This document shows positions 45,807 to 54,283 of a stretch of DNA of 64,000 bases, piece after piece. Position 1 is the first letter of the stretch. Each line of letters begins with the position of its first letter. The DNA comes from Candidatus Latescibacterota bacterium (GTDB lineage: Bacteria; Latescibacterota; UBA2968; UBA8231): positions 1,472,001-1,536,000 of the forward strand of contig CBDCXV010000001.1 of assembly GCA_965223905.1 (NCBI GenBank). Direction: 5' to 3'. The notes below the pieces were generated by a model. The model searched no databases, was not told where the DNA came from, and was given only the letters and a program-made list of their open reading frames with translations. Position numbers and translations under genes: made by a program.

Positions 45807-47366
45807 GTGCTCAAACGCAAGTGGATCGCATTCCTGCCGGTGCTGGCCCTCTTGCCGGCGGCCCCCATCTTCTTCGCCGGGGCCGGGGCCAGGCCGGCAG
45901 GCACCGGCGGTTACACCGAGGTTGGACGGCCTCCCGCGCTCCGGCCGGATTACGTCGGCACGGTCATTCCGGCCAACATCGGTCCTCTCAATTTCGCCAT
46001 CCAGGAGCCGGGTGAGCGCTACTTCGTCAGAATGAGCTCTGCGCGCGGCGACGCCCTCGAGATCTCCACCCGGGGACCCAGCGTCGACATCCCCGTCGCC
46101 CCGTGGCGCCGCCTGCTGGAGCTCAACCGGGGGGAGGATCTCTCCCTCGAGATCTACGCCATGGCTTCGGATGGAGGCTGGAGGCGCTACGAGACGGTCG
46201 CGAACCGGATCGCGACCCGGGAGATCGACCCCAACCTCGTCTACCGCAAGCTGAATCCGAACTACAACTTCTGGTCCGACATCGGCATCTACCAGCGCGA
46301 CCTCTCCGGCTTCGACGAATCCGTCGTGCTGCATGGGAGCGCCATGGGAACCGGCTGCGTCAACTGTCACACCTTCAACAACGGCAATCCCGAGCGCATG
46401 TTCGTGGGCATTCGCGGCGGCAGCTTCGATTCGGGCACCCTGCTTGCGGACGAGGAAAAGGTGGACAAGATCGGCGCCAGCTGGGGCTACATGTCATGGC
46501 ATCCAAGCGGCCTGGTAACCGCACAGATCATGATGAAGGTGAGGCAGTTCTTCCACCGCGCCGGGATGGAAGTGCGGGACGTGGTCGATCTCGACGCCGC
46601 CCTCGTCTACTACGACCTGCGCACCCAGGCTCTCAGAACCGCCCCCGGGATATCCGACGACCAGCGCCTGGAGACTTACCCGACGTGGTCGCACGATGGC
46701 AGGCACCTCTACTTCTGCAGCGCGCCCATCCCGTGGAAAGATCGCGACCGGATGGTCCCCGAGGACTACGACCAGGTCAAATACGACTTGCGCCGCGTCA
46801 GCTACGACGTGGAAGCCGACCGCTGGGGGGAGCCGGAGACCGTACTGTCCGCTGACGAGACGGGGTTGAGCATTCTGCTGCCGCGCGTCTCACCGGATGG
46901 TCGTTTCCTCCTGTTCTGCATGACCGAGTACGGCTGCTTCCCCATTTTCCAACCAAGCAGCGACCTCTACATGATGGAGCTGGAGAGCGGCGACTATACC
47001 CGGTTGGCGATCAACAGCGAGTTCTCCGAGTCGTGGCACTCGTGGTCGACGAACGGCTCCTGGATTGCCTTCAGCAGCAAGCGCCGGGGTGGACTGTTCA
47101 CCAGACTGTACATCAGTCACGTCGATGAGGAGGGGAGGGTGTACAAGCCGTTCATCCTGCCGCAGAGGGATCCCCTGTTTTACGACGCCCACCTGAAAGC
47201 CTTCAGCGTACCCGAGTTCACTACCGGTCCGGTCCGAATCGCCCAGAGAGAGATGGCCAGCGCCGCCCGCGGCCCGGCCACCATCGAGGTCGTCAGCCCG
47301 GTCGTCTTCGACTCGACGCCGAGGGCGGGGGCCATGCTGACAGGTTCCCCGGTAGGACAACCTTGA
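45807..47366 (+). CDS. TolB/PD40-like beta-propeller protein with a CxxCH motif
   Basis: PDYVGTVIPANIGPLNF, CVNCH, WHPSG, ETYPTWSHDG, PRVSPDG, ESWHSWS..G.WIAFSSKR, KPFILPQ. Confidence 0.82.
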   Translation: MLKRKWIAFLPVLALLPAAPIFFAGAGARPAGTGGYTEVGRPPALRPDYVGTVIPANIGPLNFAIQEPGERYFVRMSSARGDALEISTRGPSVDIPVAPWRRLLELNRGEDLSLEIYAMASDGGWRRYETVANRIATREIDPNLVYRKLNPNYNFWSDIGIYQRDLSGFDESVVLHGSAMGTGCVNCHTFNNGNPERMFVGIRGGSFDSGTLLADEEKVDKIGASWGYMSWHPSGLVTAQIMMKVRQFFHRAGMEVRDVVDLDAALVYYDLRTQALRTAPGISDDQRLETYPTWSHDGRHLYFCSAPIPWKDRDRMVPEDYDQVKYDLRRVSYDVEADRWGEPETVLSADETGLSILLPRVSPDGRFLLFCMTEYGCFPIFQPSSDLYMMELESGDYTRLAINSEFSESWHSWSTNGSWIAFSSKRRGGLFTRLYISHVDEEGRVYKPFILPQRDPLFYDAHLKAFSVPEFTTGPVRIAQREMASAARGPATIEVVSPVVFDSTPRAGAMLTGSPVGQP

Positions 47367-48802
47367 CCCGTTCGCAAACGACCCTCGCCGATCGGGCAGA
47401 GGCCCCCCGGTCCGTGGCCTCGCCGCGGCGGGAACGTCAATCCGGTTTGACTCGTCGCCGAATGATCAAACAGGGCCTCTGCGGCTGTCTGGCCGGCATG
47501 GCGCCCGGTTTGCTGCTGAACGGCTGCGGCCGCGAGAGCCGACCCCACATCCTTCTCGTCACGCTGGATACCACCAGGGCAGATCATCTGGGATGTTACG
47601 GCTACCCGCGCTCTACGAGCCCGAACCTGGACCGGCTCGCCTCCGAGTCGGTCCTGTACACCCGGGCCATCGCGCCTTCGAGCTGGACACTTCCGTCCCA
47701 TGCAGCCCTGTTCACGGGAAAGTTCACCGCATCCCACGGTGCGCAGTACCACCCGGAAGGACCTCTCCGCCTGAGCGAGGCGATCGAAACCCCGGAATCG
47801 TGGAAGGTGTTTCGCGCCCGCGGACTGGCCCGTGACGAAGTGACCATTGGACGGCTGTTGCAAGAGGCCGGCTACGCCACGGGCGCCGTGCTCGCGGGAC
47901 CGTGGCTGAAGAAGGTATTCGGACTGCACAAGGGGTTCAGCTACTACGACGACTCGTCGATCGGCTCGGTCTCCGGACGTCCCGCCAGCTCGGTCACTGC
48001 CAGCGCGTTGGATTGGATGGACAACAATCGCGGCCGCAGGCTCTTCCTGTTTCTCAACTACTACGACCCCCACAGCCCCTACATCCCACCGGAGAAATTT
48101 GCCTGGACCTTCGTGCCGGCGGGGGCGGATCTGCGCGGCCGCAAGGTCACGCCCGAGGAGCGGGTGGCCCTGTACGACGGCGAAATTCTCTACATGGACC
48201 GCTATATAGGTCACTTGCTGGAAGGGATGAGAGCGGACGGGATGTACGACGATGCACTGATCGTAGTGACGGCGGATCACGGCGAGTTGCTCGGCGAGCA
48301 CGGCAAGTTCGGTCACGGCAACTATCTGTATCAAGAGGAGATCCACATCCCCTTGCTCGTGAAGTATCCCCGCGGTGAAACTCGACCCGGGCGGACCGAT
48401 GCAGCGGTGCAGTTGCCGGACGTGATGGCCATCATCCTCGAGCGGCTCGGGTTGCCCCTTCCTGCCGGGACGCAGGGGGGTCTGCCCCCCGACAGCGGGC
48501 ACCCGCTGGTCGCCGAAGCCTATCCGCTGCCGGTCACGAGCTCCGACGGTCACTGGCGGGCGCTTCTCGAGGAGGACCACAAGCTGCTCTGGAACAGCAA
48601 GGGAGACCACCTGCTCTTCGACCTGAAAGCCGATCCCGGCGAACGAAACAACCTGGTGGCCTCGAAGCCGCGGCGCGCCGACGCCATGATGAGGCGCCTG
48701 AACGGCTACCTGGCCACTCTTCCCGCTCCTGGACCGCCCGGACCGGAGCGCAACCTCGATGAGGAAACCAGGAAGGCACTGGAGAGCCTGGGTTACTTGT
48801 GA
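47363..48802 (+). CDS. Sulfatase-fold enzyme with a Thr-type site and a Tat-lipoprotein signal
   Basis: TRRRMIK twin-arginine-like motif then LLLNGC; LDTTRADH, SWTLPSHAALFTG, YDPHSPY, ADHGE, terminal LESLGYL; start approximate. Confidence 0.85.
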   Translation: MTRSQTTLADRAEAPRSVASPRRERQSGLTRRRMIKQGLCGCLAGMAPGLLLNGCGRESRPHILLVTLDTTRADHLGCYGYPRSTSPNLDRLASESVLYTRAIAPSSWTLPSHAALFTGKFTASHGAQYHPEGPLRLSEAIETPESWKVFRARGLARDEVTIGRLLQEAGYATGAVLAGPWLKKVFGLHKGFSYYDDSSIGSVSGRPASSVTASALDWMDNNRGRRLFLFLNYYDPHSPYIPPEKFAWTFVPAGADLRGRKVTPEERVALYDGEILYMDRYIGHLLEGMRADGMYDDALIVVTADHGELLGEHGKFGHGNYLYQEEIHIPLLVKYPRGETRPGRTDAAVQLPDVMAIILERLGLPLPAGTQGGLPPDSGHPLVAEAYPLPVTSSDGHWRALLEEDHKLLWNSKGDHLLFDLKADPGERNNLVASKPRRADAMMRRLNGYLATLPAPGPPGPERNLDEETRKALESLGYL

Positions 48803-49656
48803 GACCCACCCCCCGGCTGCCCGCGGCCGGAGGGCGTCCTGCGCGGCACCAACCGGAGCGTTGCCATGGCCGCGATCAGCGATATCACCGTCAGCCGGAC
48901 CAGCCATCCGGGACTGGCCTTGGGGTACTCGACGAAGATCCGTCTGAGTCCCGAATCTCTCGCCAGCACAGCGCCCCGGGGTTGCACGAGCGCTCGCCAC
49001 GGGCTCCTCTCCCGTGCCTGGGTGACGCTTTCGCCGCCCGCCGGACCCACGTGGAGGGGAAACGGTTCGAGATGGGCGCCGCGAACCAGGTGCAGCGCGT
49101 GAATCCCGGGTTCGAGAGGGCGCAAGCGCCAGACTATCTGAGCGACTGATGGCTTGCGAACCGTGGCCGTGACCTCGCCGCGGCCGCGCGCCCAGACGAG
49201 TTCGGGCATGGCGCCGGTCCGGTCTCCCCGGGCGGCAACCGCCGTCAGTTCCGCGGTCAGCAGGATGTCGGATCCGCTGGGAATCGGCAACAGTCCGAAG
49301 CGGTGATACGACTGTAGAACCAGAGGGGAAACGATGAGCACGGCGACGAGCAAAGGCGGAAAAAGGGCGCGCACGTAGCGGCCGTTCGCTCGCACCAACT
49401 CCCATTCCGCCCGCAGGAGGACTCCCGGTTCATGGCGGTACAGCCAGATCTCCAACAGGCAGGCGCGCAGATCCCGGCGCGCATCCTCCAGCCGGGCCCG
49501 GTTGAGAAGGCCGTTGAACACCAGGGACGCCGCGACGCCGATCGCGAGGGCAACCGTCACCAGCTGAGCCCCCTCCCCCAGCATGCCCGGGGGGGCCAGG
49601 CAGGCATCGAAAACGGCGTTCTCGAGGCGGTTCAGGTAGTCGATCAGGTTTCCCAC
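48793..49656 (-). CDS. Hypothetical membrane protein
   Basis: Three hydrophobic segments and LLEIWLYRHEP; GTG with GAGGAG upstream; co-oriented with the phosphodiesterase genes. Confidence 0.65.
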   Translation of the reverse strand: MGNLIDYLNRLENAVFDACLAPPGMLGEGAQLVTVALAIGVAASLVFNGLLNRARLEDARRDLRACLLEIWLYRHEPGVLLRAEWELVRANGRYVRALFPPLLVAVLIVSPLVLQSYHRFGLLPIPSGSDILLTAELTAVAARGDRTGAMPELVWARGRGEVTATVRKPSVAQIVWRLRPLEPGIHALHLVRGAHLEPFPLHVGPAGGESVTQARERSPWRALVQPRGAVLARDSGLRRIFVEYPKASPGWLVRLTVISLIAAMATLRLVPRRTPSGRGQPGGGSHK

Positions 49657-49682
49657 GAAGGGGGGCCATTCTCCTCAGGGGC

Positions 49683-49880
49683 TCATTCTATGTACCCCAG
49701 GCCCCGCAAGCGCTCCTGGACCATCTCGTCATCGCCGCTCTCGCCCGTCGCGGCGATCTCCTTCTCGATGCAGTGGTGGACGAACTCCTCGACGCTGGAG
49801 AAACCCGCCTTCTCCACGTGAGCCTTCACCCGTTCCAGCAGTTCCTCATCGAGGACGATCTTGTGCTTGAACAACTTCAT
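49683..49880 (-). CDS. Small CopG/ribbon-helix-helix-like protein with a C-terminal LRGLGYIE motif
   Basis: Strand-helix-helix pattern KIVLDEELLERVK..GFSSVEEFV; GGAG RBS. Confidence 0.75.
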   Translation of the reverse strand: MKLFKHKIVLDEELLERVKAHVEKAGFSSVEEFVHHCIEKEIAATGESGDDEMVQERLRGLGYIE

Positions 49881-49902
49881 GCCGATGCCAACTCCCTCTC
49901 CA

Positions 49903-51966
49903 TCAATGGGGCCAGATGGATGTTCCCCCCTTCATGGGGCCAGGTCGTCCGATGCCGTAATACTCCAGTATGCTGCCCGGTATGTCTCTCAAGTGCGGGC
50001 GAACTTCGGGGCGCAGCGGCAGACTGCTGACCAGGACGCCGGGAACGGTATGGGAGGCCATGCAGTGGTCGCCGCTCCACGCCCACAGATTGTCCTGCAG
50101 CATCCGTGCTTCGATTTTTCCGAGAGCCCCCGCGCCCGAAGACCGGTAACCCCTGGCGTAGCCGATGAGGGCATCCGGGGAGGCGTCGGCTGCCGAGCCT
50201 TCCGGTTCGTCGACACGGTACACCGTCTCAACCACCGGCAGGCGGGAGAGGGGGTCGGCGACGGCGAGGAGCTTCCGGGTAATCTCGGCCAGGGTGGCAT
50301 CCCGATCCTCCGGTTCTACCGCACCCGGATTCTCCCGCCCGCGCAGGTTGAGGTAGAGGGCGTTGAGGCCCAGACCATAGGCTACGGTCTGGCGCCACAG
50401 GATCGCGTCCTTGTCCAGAACCGTCACCCCGTCGGGGTTCACCCCCTCTCCGACCCGGAGGTAGCCCTCGCTCAACAGCCAGGAGTTGAGATTGAAGGAG
50501 CGCTCGTAGGGGGCGAAGCCGTGGTCGGACAGGACCGCGATCGCTCCGTCGCCGCCGATGGATGCCACCGCCTCCCCCAGGAGGTCATCCATGGCCTCGT
50601 ATTCCCTCTCGATGGCATCGCCATGCGGCGCGAACTCCTCCCGGTAACCCGGATGCGAGGGATCGGTCGCGCGCCACAACATGTGACAGACCTGGTCGAG
50701 GCTATGGATGTAGAAGAAAAGGAACCCCTCGGTGAACCGTTCGAGCTCGTGACGCAGCTGTCCTCTCCTCTCCGCAAGCGCCAGCCGGTTCTGGCCGAGG
50801 AACTCTTCGTAATCGAGCACCTCCGCCTCCAGGGCCTTCGTGTCGTCCGGCATGCCCTGCGTGTAGTAAGGTCCGATCGCCTCCTGAAGGCTTGCCGCCT
50901 CGTCCTCCGGTACGGAAATCGGCATGGCCGGGTTGGTTGGATCGAGATTGACCGGAGTCATGTACAGCTGAACCTTCGGTACCACGGCTTTGAGATAGAA
51001 GCGCACGATCCCGGTAAGACGGGTGAGCCGGTAGTCCTCGCGGCCGTAGTCGACCCGCAGCCACCGGCTCCATTCTCCGGGCCGCAACACCGCACGCTGT
51101 TCCGCAAGTACTATTTCCACAGCCCCGGCCGCCGCCGGCACCGAGCCGGCCGGCCCTTCCCGATCGACGTACAGGTGGAACCGGGCCTGTCGCGATCCCT
51201 CGCCGCTATCCGGCCCCAGGATTTGAAGCACCGCCCGCCCGTCGTCGAGGTTCAGGCTCACGATGCGCCCTCCGGGGATGCGCAACTCGCCTCCGGAGCC
51301 CAGGGTCCTGCCACCTTCGTCCATGTGGGCGGGTACCGTGTAGGGAGCTTCCGTGTAATAGGTGAACGTCCCGTAGGTGCCGAGAATGTCCGGGGTCCCC
51401 ATTCCCGCGAAAGCGCGATAACAGGAGCACCCGAACAAGCCCGTCGCCAATCCCTGGGGCGGCGAGGCCGGTGGGAAATTGGCCGGCACCCTGAAAATCG
51501 TCGCCGGGACGCCTGCTTCGATCAGGTAATCCCAGAACGGCCTGCCCCGCCGCTGCAGCTCCATCTCCCCGCCGGCCCCTTTTCTCGACGTCGACAGGTA
51601 GGGGATGAGGGTGGCGGGATCGCGGTGGATGAAATCGAAAATGCCGTGGTCTACCGGTTGCAACCCGGTGATGAACGTGGACCAGGCTACCGGGCTCTGC
51701 GGCGGCATCGTCGTCGCCAGCGGGACGAAACCACCGGACTCGGCAAGCGCCTGGAAATGGGGCATGCGGCCCGTGCCCATGAGCCGGGACAGGATCCGCG
51801 GGTCCATGCCGTCGATGCCGAGCACCAGCAACCGGGGAGCCTCCGCCCCCGAACGGCATCCATCCGCCCCAGGCAGGGAGCCTGCCGCAAGACAGACCAG
51901 CAGGACCGTGCCGATGGCGACCGCCGTCCTCGAGGCGCTACGAGGTGGCGGCCGTCGATCGTCCAT
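49903..51966 (-). CDS. Type I phosphodiesterase/nucleotide pyrophosphatase-family protein
   Basis: LGIDGMD, TTMPPQSPVAWSTFITG, HGIFDF, DQVCHM, SDHGF, WSGDHC; N-terminal hydrophobic signal. Confidence 0.88.
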   Translation of the reverse strand: MDDRRPPPRSASRTAVAIGTVLLVCLAAGSLPGADGCRSGAEAPRLLVLGIDGMDPRILSRLMGTGRMPHFQALAESGGFVPLATTMPPQSPVAWSTFITGLQPVDHGIFDFIHRDPATLIPYLSTSRKGAGGEMELQRRGRPFWDYLIEAGVPATIFRVPANFPPASPPQGLATGLFGCSCYRAFAGMGTPDILGTYGTFTYYTEAPYTVPAHMDEGGRTLGSGGELRIPGGRIVSLNLDDGRAVLQILGPDSGEGSRQARFHLYVDREGPAGSVPAAAGAVEIVLAEQRAVLRPGEWSRWLRVDYGREDYRLTRLTGIVRFYLKAVVPKVQLYMTPVNLDPTNPAMPISVPEDEAASLQEAIGPYYTQGMPDDTKALEAEVLDYEEFLGQNRLALAERRGQLRHELERFTEGFLFFYIHSLDQVCHMLWRATDPSHPGYREEFAPHGDAIEREYEAMDDLLGEAVASIGGDGAIAVLSDHGFAPYERSFNLNSWLLSEGYLRVGEGVNPDGVTVLDKDAILWRQTVAYGLGLNALYLNLRGRENPGAVEPEDRDATLAEITRKLLAVADPLSRLPVVETVYRVDEPEGSAADASPDALIGYARGYRSSGAGALGKIEARMLQDNLWAWSGDHCMASHTVPGVLVSSLPLRPEVRPHLRDIPGSILEYYGIGRPGPMKGGTSIWPH

Positions 51967-54022
51967 TGAAAAGATCTTCCCCCTGCATGTAGGACGGCGC
52001 CTCCACCCCGAACAGCCCGAGAATGGACACGGGGACATCCAGGAGGTTCGGAGCCGCCTTGTCGACCCCGCGGTTGCAGAAGAACACCCCGGGCACCTGA
52101 GCGGGATCGATACAGTGGTCGCCGCTCCAGTGCCTTGTGTTGTCCTCGAAGACGCGGTCCGTGACTTCCCCCTTTGCCCCGTTCCAGGACGCCCGGTAGC
52201 CGGCGTTGTAGCCGACGAGAAGGTCCGGGGCGTCGCGCCTGTATGGACCGTCGAAGTGAGCGTCCGTGTCCCATACCTTGCGGATGGCCTTCCGACCGTC
52301 GTCGTCGATCAGTCCCTCCAGTTCCTCGACCAGTTGTTTCTTCAGCGGTTCGAGTTCCTCCTCCGCGACTATGCCGGACGCCTCCCGTCCGCGCCGGTTG
52401 ATGAAGATTCCGCTCAAACCGAGGGCAAAGGCCCGGGTTCGAGACCAGTCGACCCCTTGAAACCAACGGCCGTTTGAGGCCGCCTCGTCCCGCACACCGT
52501 CCCTCAGGACCAGATAGCCGTTCTCGAGCAGCCATGTATTGAGATTGATCCCCCGCTTGAACGGGCGGAAGCCGTGATCGGAGATCACCATCAGGGTGGT
52601 CTCCGTGTCGGCCCCGAGCTGCTCCATCACCCGACCGACGAGAGCGTCCATGTCGGCGTACATCCGCGGCAGGACATCCTTGAAGGCGGCGACCTCCTTG
52701 CCGGCATTGGCGGGATGTTGTGGGTCCAGGGTGCGGAAGAACATGTGTTGAATCCGGTCCGGTCCGTCGAAGACGCAGACGACGAGACCGTCCCTCGTCC
52801 TCTCCAGGGTGTGAAAGAGCATGCGCTCGCGCTCCCGGTGGAGGGAGGAGGCCTGGTCCAGAAAGGCGCGCTCGTCGATCGCACCGGCATTCAGCGCCTC
52901 GGTGTCTTCCGCCAGGCCGAGGGTGCCGAAGCGGCCGAGACGCTTGCAAAGGTAGGTTGCGTACGAGCCCGGATGTGACAGGGGAAGACTGGGCCGGTCC
53001 GGATCGATCTGGATCGCTGTAACGTACAGCTGCAGGGGTTTGGTGGTGGCCAGGTAGAACCGGCAGATTCCCCCCACCTTGAGGCCGAGCCCCGCCTTGA
53101 AGGACAGCTCCGTCCACGGGGAGTAACGCCGCTCGCTCAACTCGACCCTGCGGCCCGCGTGCGTCAGTACCAGGCCTGCTGATTCGGGATCCAACTCGAG
53201 GTCGATGTCAGCCAGCAGCGGTGCATCGCCGTCGGTGCCGAACGGAGCGGGCGGTCCCGGGATGCGGGCTTGCCCGCGGCCGTCCTGCATGCGGACCCGA
53301 ACCGTGCACCCTGCGCCGTCGGCCCAGGTTCCGGCATCGCCGGACCCTTCCACCAGGCAGGTGAATTCCCCCTGCGTACCCCGCAGATCCGGCACGCACA
53401 TCCCGGCGAGCAGGTGGCCGTTGAAAGGTTCGGGAGGAAAGGTGATCGGCACCCGCAGGATGGAGCTGAAAATCCGCTGCTCCCCCAACAGCTTCCAGAA
53501 GGGTTGGCTGCGCTTGAGGTTGCGTATGCGGGGCTTCGAGATGGGGATGCGCAAAGGGCCGAGCCGCAATCTCCTGCGCGGAGGCGTCACCCGGGCGGAA
53601 GAGAGCACCGGCTGGTAGGTCCGGGGGTCGCGGGTGATGAAGTCGAAGATGTTGTGCCAGGATGCATCGGTGCCGGTAGCGAAAGACGACCACGCTGCCG
53701 GGGTGATGGCGGGAAGGGTGGTCTGCAGGGTCTTGAACGTCCCTTCCTCGGCGAGTCTCCGCAGGTTCGGCAGGCGCCCGTCCCGCATCCAGCGAGCGCT
53801 CAGTTCGGGATCCAGGCCGTCGAGACCGATGACGACAACCCGACGGGCTCGGGACCCCCTGGTTCTACGGAGCCGCAGCCACACATACAGGAATTTTACC
53901 GGCAGAATCAGGATACTGAGAGCGGCCAGCAGCAGGATGAGGACGGTCCAGAAGCTGCCGGCGAGAGCGAAGCCCGCACCCGGGCCGACGTAGGCTTGGG
54001 CGGGGGTGGAAAGGCAGAGCAA
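51938..54022 (-). CDS. Type I phosphodiesterase/nucleotide pyrophosphatase-family protein with an N-terminal AYVGPGAG-TM anchor
   Basis: IGLDGLD, TTLPAITPAAWSSFATG, DRIQHM, SDHGF, WSGDHC; the true start is probably upstream of this TTG. Confidence 0.88.
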   Translation of the reverse strand: MLCLSTPAQAYVGPGAGFALAGSFWTVLILLLAALSILILPVKFLYVWLRLRRTRGSRARRVVVIGLDGLDPELSARWMRDGRLPNLRRLAEEGTFKTLQTTLPAITPAAWSSFATGTDASWHNIFDFITRDPRTYQPVLSSARVTPPRRRLRLGPLRIPISKPRIRNLKRSQPFWKLLGEQRIFSSILRVPITFPPEPFNGHLLAGMCVPDLRGTQGEFTCLVEGSGDAGTWADGAGCTVRVRMQDGRGQARIPGPPAPFGTDGDAPLLADIDLELDPESAGLVLTHAGRRVELSERRYSPWTELSFKAGLGLKVGGICRFYLATTKPLQLYVTAIQIDPDRPSLPLSHPGSYATYLCKRLGRFGTLGLAEDTEALNAGAIDERAFLDQASSLHRERERMLFHTLERTRDGLVVCVFDGPDRIQHMFFRTLDPQHPANAGKEVAAFKDVLPRMYADMDALVGRVMEQLGADTETTLMVISDHGFRPFKRGINLNTWLLENGYLVLRDGVRDEAASNGRWFQGVDWSRTRAFALGLSGIFINRRGREASGIVAEEELEPLKKQLVEELEGLIDDDGRKAIRKVWDTDAHFDGPYRRDAPDLLVGYNAGYRASWNGAKGEVTDRVFEDNTRHWSGDHCIDPAQVPGVFFCNRGVDKAAPNLLDVPVSILGLFGVEAPSYMQGEDLFNGRSTAATS

Positions 54023-54140
54023 AGCGCTCGAGAGGATGCTGAGGAAACGAGCGCACTTGGGGGGACCACGGCGCGTGGTCGTCGAATAGGAAAAACTGTG
54101 ATCGACGTTGGCTATGGTTTTTCCGCCGTGGCTTGCGTCA

Positions 54141-54169
54141 ATTAGTGCCTAAAAAAGATAGTCACTAAT
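54141..54169. promoter_or_regulatory. AT-rich inverted repeat (operator-like) in a divergent intergenic region
   Basis: ATTAGTGCCTA-aaaaaga-TAGTCACTAAT, 11-bp arms with 1 mismatch. Confidence 0.5.
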
Positions 54170-54283
54170 CTATGTGATCGATATTCGCCATTCGCCCCCG
54201 GGCCCGGAGCCTGACGGGTTGTCGATGATGCCACCGCGCCGCCGCCGGGCGCAGGCGATCGGTGGCTTCAAAGGAGGTCAATC

